The translations under genes were made by a program, and so were the position numbers. Below, piece by piece: positions 8,694 to 13,485 of a stretch of DNA of 13,485 nt (its first letter is position 1; each line of letters starts with the position of its first letter). This DNA is from Abditibacteriaceae bacterium (GTDB taxonomy: Bacteria > Armatimonadota > Abditibacteriia > Abditibacteriales > Abditibacteriaceae). A model generated the notes under the pieces. The model saw only the letters and a list, made by a program, of their open reading frames with translations, did no database searches and was not told where the DNA came from. Where the stretch lies: NCBI GenBank assembly GCA_031425655.1, contig JANPJS010000230.1:1-13485 (forward strand), read 5' to 3'.

Positions 8694-8726
8694 CTGGTTC
8701 CGCTGAAAGAAAGCGAGAAACTTGTC

Positions 8727-9359
8727 ATGCGATTTAAAACTGGCGCGCCGTCCGACGATTCCGATTTCGCACCCGAACAAGAGGTTGGATGGCGGAAACT
8801 CCGCGAGATGGGGCCGGGAGCCATTATGCTCATCGGGAGCCTCGCGGGTATTCCGCTGGCGGCTTTGATTGGCTATGGCTGGTCGAGAATTTCCGGCGCC
8901 TCCCCGTCCATCAGCTTCAATGTCATGGCTCTCGGACGTTGGACGCTGTTACTCCTGCCGTTACTCTTTATTCTCTCCATGGGCGGTTTTCTCGCAGGTT
9001 TAATCTTTGTCCACGAGCTGATTCACGCCTTGTGCTGCCCGCAGTTTGGACTCACGTCCGAGACGGCGATGGGTATTTGGCCGAGCAAATTCATTGCTTA
9101 CGTCAGTCACTCAGGCCCAATTTCAGTCAAACGGGGCATCGTTTTGGGAAGTGCTCCCTTTTTAGTTTTATCCGTGGCCCCGTTATTGGTCGCTGCCATG
9201 GGCGGGCCGCATTGGACGCTTTTGACACTGGTTTCGGTGGTAAACGCACTGATGTGCGGAGGCGACGCCATAATTGTTGTGATGATCCTCTCTCAAGTTC
9301 CCTTGAACGCAACGCTGCGAAACAAGGGCTGGGATACATGGTGGCGCCCCGCCGAATGA
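8727..9359 (+). CDS. DUF3267 family membrane protein (putative zincin-like metalloprotease), ~210 aa
   Basis: ATG at 8727; TM segments; VHELIHA (HExxH); APFLVLSVAP; NALMCGGD. Confidence 0.8.
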   Translation: MRFKTGAPSDDSDFAPEQEVGWRKLREMGPGAIMLIGSLAGIPLAALIGYGWSRISGASPSISFNVMALGRWTLLLLPLLFILSMGGFLAGLIFVHELIHALCCPQFGLTSETAMGIWPSKFIAYVSHSGPISVKRGIVLGSAPFLVLSVAPLLVAAMGGPHWTLLTLVSVVNALMCGGDAIIVVMILSQVPLNATLRNKGWDTWWRPAE

Positions 9360-9382
9360 TGAAGCGAGCCTTTGGCGCTCGA

Positions 9383-9430
9383 AAAACACAAAAGCCGCGC
9401 AAAGGTTCGCCTTGCGCGGCTTTTATGTTT
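9383..9430. terminator. Bidirectional intrinsic terminator between convergent genes
   Basis: AAAAGCCGCGCAA-aggttcgcc-TTGCGCGGCTTTT hairpin with A and T tracts on either side. Confidence 0.8.
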
Positions 9431-9437
9431 GCTACCG

Positions 9438-10004
9438 TCAAACCATGGGCATCACAGCGGGGTCAACGCCCACGAAGACGCCGCCGAGCATTACACCTAA
9501 CTGGCTCGCGGAGATGAGCATCAAAAAATACTCGCCGAGTAGCAATAATAGCGCGAGTTCAGGCAGTTTACGGGCCTCTTCTTCAATTTCCACTTGAATC
9601 GGCTCGCCTTGAAGCCATTGGCGCGCCTTGAAGTGCAGTAAGGGCACGCCGGCATCGCTCGCCAGCGTCCATTTGTGGCCCTCGGCTTTGTCGTGCAGCC
9701 ATTGAAAGCGGCTGCCAGAGGCAAACTCCACCTCTGCGCTGCTGCCAATGCGGTCAGGCTTGAACTCCGCGAGGTTTTCCTCAGAGCCGGCGGCGCGCAC
9801 GGTGAGAGTTGGAGGCAAAAAGTCCACGCGCTTGAAAGTCCACTGGCTGCCTGCGGTTTCGCCGATGGCCAACGTGCCCCACGACTTCTGGAACGACAGC
9901 GTGGCCACGGTCTCGTCGCCGTCGCGCAACTCGAAGGCGCGCTTGTTCTCAACGGACACTTCCCATTGCAGTCCGGCGCCGTTCGCTTCGTGAATCGCTT
10001 TCAT
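9438..10004 (-). CDS. Hypothetical protein (188 aa), beta-rich
   Basis: GGGAGG RBS before ATG; protein-like composition (FELRDGDETVATL, WTFKR, LLLLLGEYFL); ends at a terminator. Confidence 0.75.
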   Translation of the reverse strand: MKAIHEANGAGLQWEVSVENKRAFELRDGDETVATLSFQKSWGTLAIGETAGSQWTFKRVDFLPPTLTVRAAGSEENLAEFKPDRIGSSAEVEFASGSRFQWLHDKAEGHKWTLASDAGVPLLHFKARQWLQGEPIQVEIEEEARKLPELALLLLLGEYFLMLISASQLGVMLGGVFVGVDPAVMPMV

Positions 10005-10028
10005 CGTTTCCTCCCTGATGTCGTTGAA

Positions 10029-10217
10029 CTACTTCTTCGCGCTGCGTCCTGCCAGATAGACAATGCCACCTGCGAGGCACCCCGCGACCACAGCCGAGAC
10101 AACCACTCGAAGCCACGGGGGTTGTCCGGCCTTTCCCATCTCCTCAGAAATGGACTGTGCTATGATCATCCCAAAAATCACAGCGCCAGCCGTAATCCCA
10201 CTCAGGTTCTTTTGCAT
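10029..10217 (-). CDS. Small two-TM hypothetical protein (~62 aa)
   Basis: GGGAG 9 nt before ATG 10217; MQKNLSGITAGAVIFGMIIAQ...LRVVVSAVVAGCLAGGIVYLAGRSAKK. Confidence 0.65.
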   Translation of the reverse strand: MQKNLSGITAGAVIFGMIIAQSISEEMGKAGQPPWLRVVVSAVVAGCLAGGIVYLAGRSAKK

Positions 10218-10243
10218 AATACGCATCTCCCGTTCGATCAAAA

Positions 10244-10753
10244 TCAAGCCGGGCGGCGACGCCGCGCGTTTGATAATTTCCCCAAAAACACCAACAGCAC
10301 GCCCAGCGCGGCCCACATCGCCACCGACACGCCGATGCTTTCGTTTTGCCGCTCTAAAAGCCGCGCGTTGGCGTTGCCCGCAACCGCGAAAAACAAGGCG
10401 CACGCACCGCGAATGCCAAGCGCCACGCCGATGTTGATTGCCATGAAAAACCACAGGGCAAACAACAGATTCCACGCGACAACAAGGCGCTCACCGCGCT
10501 CCGGCGGGGCGATTTGACGACGCGAACCGCGCCACTCGCGCCGCAAAGCGCGCCCGATTTTTTCGGGCTTGCCGAACTGCTGCAAAGCACCTTTTAGCGC
10601 CGCTTCGGGCGCGTGGCCCGCGCTCAGCTTGGCCTTCACCGCTTCGCTGAGATGCCCGCGCATCTCGCCGACCATTTCGCGGCGCAGCGTCAAAGGCATC
10701 GGCCAGAGGCGGCGCTCGATGCGCGCCAAGTATGTTTCAAGCGGTTCGCTCAT
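10244..10753 (-). CDS. PadR-associated membrane protein with N-terminal permease-prefix-1/HAAS-like helical domain
   Basis: LETYLARIERRL...EMRGHL...ALQQFGKPEKIGRAL followed by TM segments; overlaps the 3' end of the PadR gene; GGAGG RBS. Confidence 0.8.
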   Translation of the reverse strand: MSEPLETYLARIERRLWPMPLTLRREMVGEMRGHLSEAVKAKLSAGHAPEAALKGALQQFGKPEKIGRALRREWRGSRRQIAPPERGERLVVAWNLLFALWFFMAINIGVALGIRGACALFFAVAGNANARLLERQNESIGVSVAMWAALGVLLVFLGKLSNARRRRPA

Positions 10754-11078
10754 CGCGTTTGCCTCCAATCACGTCATTGATGGCGTTACTGAAATTGCGC
10801 CATGTTTCGGTGCGGCGCGCGAGTTCGGCGTGGCCGTCGGCAGTCAGCGTATAAACCTTGCGCGCCGGGCCGCTGCCCTCGGTTTCCCAATGGCTGGCGA
10901 CAAATTTCTGCCGTTCCAGCGCGTGCAGCGCCGGATACAGCGTGCCTTCCTTGAACTTCAGCGCGTTGCCGCTGCGCTCTTCAATTTGCCGCGCAATTGC
11001 GTAACCGTGCAGAGGCCCGTCGCCCAGCACCGCTAAAATCATCGTCGGCGTGTTCCCTTTTAATAACTCTCGTTCCAT
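10737..11078 (-). CDS. PadR family transcriptional regulator
   Basis: ELLKG...ILAVLGDGPLHGYAI...KEGTLYPALHALE...GPARKVYTLTADG; likely start ATG 11078. Confidence 0.93.
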   Translation of the reverse strand: MERELLKGNTPTMILAVLGDGPLHGYAIARQIEERSGNALKFKEGTLYPALHALERQKFVASHWETEGSGPARKVYTLTADGHAELARRTETWRNFSNAINDVIGGKRDERTA

Positions 11079-11086
11079 CGCCGCCA

Positions 11087-11115
11087 ATTGTAATATGATC
11101 TACATCGGATTGCAA
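11087..11115 (-). promoter_or_regulatory. Sigma70-type promoter for the PadR gene (probably leaderless) with an overlapping candidate operator
   Basis: Minus strand TTGCAA-17 nt-TACAAT, then 8 nt to ATG, with no SD. TGTA-N8-TACA inverted repeat at 11089-11104. Confidence 0.65.
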
Positions 11116-11122
11116 GGCATAT

Positions 11123-11262
11123 AACTTATTCTGTCCGTGGTGCGGCTGGGAGTTCGACCTCACTGCCGACCGATACTTGACCGGGAAGCACAAATTGTGC
11201 TCATACGAATCGCCGAGGAAGACGGCTAAGCGCTCGTGATTATTCGAGAAAGAGATTTTTGA
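11123..11262 (+). pseudogene. Degraded C-terminal fragment of a Rieske [2Fe-2S] ferredoxin-like gene
   Basis: Frame from 11132 reads CPWCGWEFDLTADRYLTGKHKLCSYE (compare Rieske CPWHGWxFDxxTG). After a -1 frameshift it reads IAEEDG*ALVII. No first CxH motif or start codon. Confidence 0.55.
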
Positions 11263-11441
11263 TCAGTGACCATCACGTTTTTCGGCTGGCGAATGCGTCG
11301 GACGAGGCGCGGAAGTTGCGAAGACAGGCATTGCACGGTCATAGCAAAAATCGCAGCGGCAATTTAGAGGAACGAAGCCGCGCGCATGGCCGTATTTTTG
11401 CCCGGCTTCGTAAACTCGAAGTTGCAACAAAGGAGACTCCC

Positions 11442-11636
11442 ATGAACTTTTTAAAAGCCGACGAAACGGTGCGCCGTCCTTTGCCGGCAACTCCGATTGA
11501 ACGTCCGGGCGGCGACGACAAAAGCGGCCCCAGCGCCCCCAAAGTGCAGCGTCCCGACACACGCCATTTGCTCGAACGCATGAAGCGCGTAGACCCCGAT
11601 CAAGCCAAACGCTACCGCCAACGCAGCGGGCAGTAA
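11442..11636 (+). CDS. ubact: UBact: Pup-analogous ubiquitin-like small protein modifier (64 aa, C-terminal RSGQ)
   Basis: AAAGGAG RBS; Pro/Gly-rich disordered N-half; C-terminal LLERMKRVDPDQAKRYRQRSGQ matches the UBact R[ST]G[EQ] end; lies directly upstream of proteasome beta and alpha genes. Confidence 0.9.
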   Translation: MNFLKADETVRRPLPATPIERPGGDDKSGPSAPKVQRPDTRHLLERMKRVDPDQAKRYRQRSGQ

Positions 11637-11640
11637 CGGC

Positions 11641-11756
11641 AGACACGGAGTTATGAGACACGGAGTCGGGAGACAGAAGAATTGATACGATTGCATCCGC
11701 GTTTTCAACTCCGTGTCTTCCAACTCCGTGTCTCCGTGTCTCCCAACTCCGTGTCT
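11641..11756. repeat. Palindrome of ~15-nt-period repeats between ubact and prcB
   Basis: AGACACGGAGT at 11641 and 11656 (degenerate copy at 11671), opposed by AACTCCGTGTCT at 11707, 11722 and 11745 (partial copy at 11732). Confidence 0.85.
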
Positions 11757-11767
11757 TTCCTTTCACT

Positions 11768-12586
11768 ATGAACACACAATTTCAAGCGCCGGGCGATTTT
11801 TCCCGCTTGGTTTCCTTAGCGCCGCACGCGGATGTGCCGTCGGGCGGCGCTTCCACTTCGATTGACACGCATGGCACGACGGTCATCGCCGTGAAATACC
11901 GCGATGGCGTGCTCAATGTCGCTGACCGGCGCGCGACTGCGGGCATGGGCGTGATGTTCGACCGCGCCGAGAAGATTTTGCCGCTCGACGACCATACTTT
12001 AGTCGCCATCAGCGGCAGCTTTGCCAAAGCGATTGAAATCTCGCGTTATTTGCGGCATTCGTTCAAATACTATCAGCGCAGCCAGTTGCAGCCGATGAGC
12101 TTGGAAGGCAAATTGGCCGAGATGTCGCGTGCGATTTCCAACAACTTGCCAATGATGTTGCAAGGCATCGGCGCGTTTATTCCCGTCTTGTCAGCGTGGG
12201 ACGAAGAAGCGAATGAAGGCCGCATTTTCTTCTACGACGGCATGGGCGCGCGCTTCGAGAGCGCCGAATTCGGCGCGGCGGGCAGTGGCAGTTCGGCGAT
12301 TCGCGGCGCCTTCGATTACATCGTGCGCACGCACAAGCCCTTTTCGCAAATGGATTTGCAGGAAGCCTTGCGCGAATGTTTAATCCTGCTCGACATCGCC
12401 GCCGATTTAGATGCCGCGACTGGCGGCTATTCCAAAATCCTGCCCGCCGCCAAAGCCGTGACGCGCGAGGGTATTTTGTCGCTCGACGAAGAGCAAATGA
12501 AAGCCGTTTTGCGCGCGATGGCCGCAGGCAGCGTGCCCGCTGTTTCGACTGTGCGCGCCGAAAAAATAGAAGCGGACGCGGAATAA
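11768..12586 (+). CDS. prcB: 20S proteasome beta subunit (Ntn threonine protease) with 36-aa propeptide
   Basis: THG|TTVIAV processing site (Thr1 codon at 11876); D17/R19 in ADRRAT; K33; G47; AAGSGS; DLDAATGG. Confidence 0.93.
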   Translation: MNTQFQAPGDFSRLVSLAPHADVPSGGASTSIDTHGTTVIAVKYRDGVLNVADRRATAGMGVMFDRAEKILPLDDHTLVAISGSFAKAIEISRYLRHSFKYYQRSQLQPMSLEGKLAEMSRAISNNLPMMLQGIGAFIPVLSAWDEEANEGRIFFYDGMGARFESAEFGAAGSGSSAIRGAFDYIVRTHKPFSQMDLQEALRECLILLDIAADLDAATGGYSKILPAAKAVTREGILSLDEEQMKAVLRAMAAGSVPAVSTVRAEKIEADAE

Positions 12587-12655
12587 TTTTGAGTTTTAAG
12601 TTTTGAGTTTTGAATTAGCATCAACTCAAAACTCAAAACTCAAAACTCAAAACTC
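12587..12655. repeat. Palindrome of heptamer tandem repeats between prcB and prcA
   Basis: Four TTTTGAG-type units (12587-12614), a short loop, then four CTCAAAA units (12625-12652). Confidence 0.9.
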
Positions 12656-12657
12656 TT

Positions 12658-13383
12658 ATGTATAGCCCTTACGATTTCAACCAATCCATCGCGCATCGCG
12701 CGGAATATGTCGAAGAACGTTTGCGCGGCGGCTCGCCGGTCGTGGGCGTGTCCTACGACGGCGGAGTTTTGCTGTTCGCGGTGCGGCGTGGGCCGCGCAA
12801 AATCTTCGAGATTTACGACCAAATGATGTTCGCCGCTTTGGGCAATCAGGCCGATGTCGAAGCCGTGCGTCTGGCGGCGATTGACTTTTGCCATCAGGAA
12901 GGCTTTCAGCGCTCGCCGGACGACGTTTCGGCGCAGCGTTTAGTCGGTTTCGCTATTTCGCCTCCCTTGAAGCGCGCGTTTGGCGACCCGATGATGACGC
13001 CCAACGTGATGCGCGCGGTTTTCGCCGAAATGGGCAAAACCGCCGAAAAAGACACCTTTTTCGTGCTGAATTACGACGGCGAATTTATGTCGTCGCGCCG
13101 CTTTGCCGTGGCGGTTGGCGGCGATAGCAGCGGCGATGCCATGCGCGAATCGCTGGAAAAATCGCTGGGCGACCATGCGCCGGATTTGCCTGCTGCTTTG
13201 CGCGCCGCCGCCGAAGCATGGCGCATTGGTGCGCGTCCGCGCGGCGATGACGACGAAAAAGCGGAAGACGATTCGCTGGCCGAAGCTCTCAGAGAAGGCC
13301 GCGTCGAAGCCGCGATTCTCGACCGCCAAACCGCGCGCGAAAGCAAATTTCGCCTGCTGCGCGAAGATGAACTGAAGTTCTGA
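12658..13383 (+). CDS. prcA: 20S proteasome alpha subunit
   Basis: MYSPYDF...RAEYVEERLRGGSPVV, RKIFEIYD, ALGNQADVEAVRLAAID, EGFQRSPDDV, VEAAILDR; follows prcB. Confidence 0.9.
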   Translation: MYSPYDFNQSIAHRAEYVEERLRGGSPVVGVSYDGGVLLFAVRRGPRKIFEIYDQMMFAALGNQADVEAVRLAAIDFCHQEGFQRSPDDVSAQRLVGFAISPPLKRAFGDPMMTPNVMRAVFAEMGKTAEKDTFFVLNYDGEFMSSRRFAVAVGGDSSGDAMRESLEKSLGDHAPDLPAALRAAAEAWRIGARPRGDDDEKAEDDSLAEALREGRVEAAILDRQTARESKFRLLREDELKF

Positions 13384-13394
13384 AGCTGAATGGA

Positions 13395-13485
13395 ACACGG
13401 GCTTCGCACACGGAAACGACACGGATTTTCACGGTTTTTCTTTCGATTGATCCGTGAAAATCCCCGCCGTTGCCGTGTGCGAAGC
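13395..13485. repeat. Imperfect palindrome with ACACGG repeats downstream of prcA (runs off the window)
   Basis: GCTTCGCACACGG (13401-13413) pairs with 13473-13485; GGATTTTCACGG (13423-13434) pairs with 13452-13463; ACACGG occurs at 13395, 13408 and 13419. Confidence 0.85.

Noticed and set aside
11177..11210. TTGACC plus AGCACAA-A-TTGTGCT palindrome as a ubact promoter/operator
   Set aside because: No properly spaced -10, and it lies inside the Rieske-like relic, so it may be chance.
11259..11441. N-terminal extension of UBact (125-aa ORF)
   Set aside because: A strong RBS precedes ATG 11442, and 64 aa fits the family; the TTG-started extension has no support.
11641..11756. Possible CRISPR array
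   Set aside because: Units are only ~12-15 nt, switch orientation and have no unique spacers; no cas genes are present.
11768..12586. HslV, Anbu or BPH instead of a true proteasome beta subunit
   Set aside because: The long propeptide ending in HG|T, the adjacent alpha subunit and the UBact tag indicate a 20S proteasome.

Overview
GC-rich bacterial chromosomal window. UBact plus a prepilin/H-X9-DG protein suggest an Armatimonadota/Abditibacteriota-like lineage (inference). In order: SbcC/Rad50-type SMC ATPase; a membrane protein; a prepilin-type/DUF1559/H-X9-DG protein; DUF4230; DUF2237; a SHOCT-PspC fusion; a secreted alpha/beta hydrolase; a ~0.9 kb AT-richer islet of three tiny membrane ORFs bracketed by a duplicated 3' end of the hydrolase gene; a DUF3267 (HExxH) membrane protein; a minus-strand PadR-led cluster with a likely leaderless promoter; a decayed Rieske-like fragment. 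The highlight is at the right end: a non-actinobacterial ubiquitin-like tagging/proteasome locus, ubact (C-terminal RSGQ)-prcB-prcA. Each spacer after these three genes is filled by a long palindrome built from short tandem repeats. All family calls come from motif recognition, not database searches.
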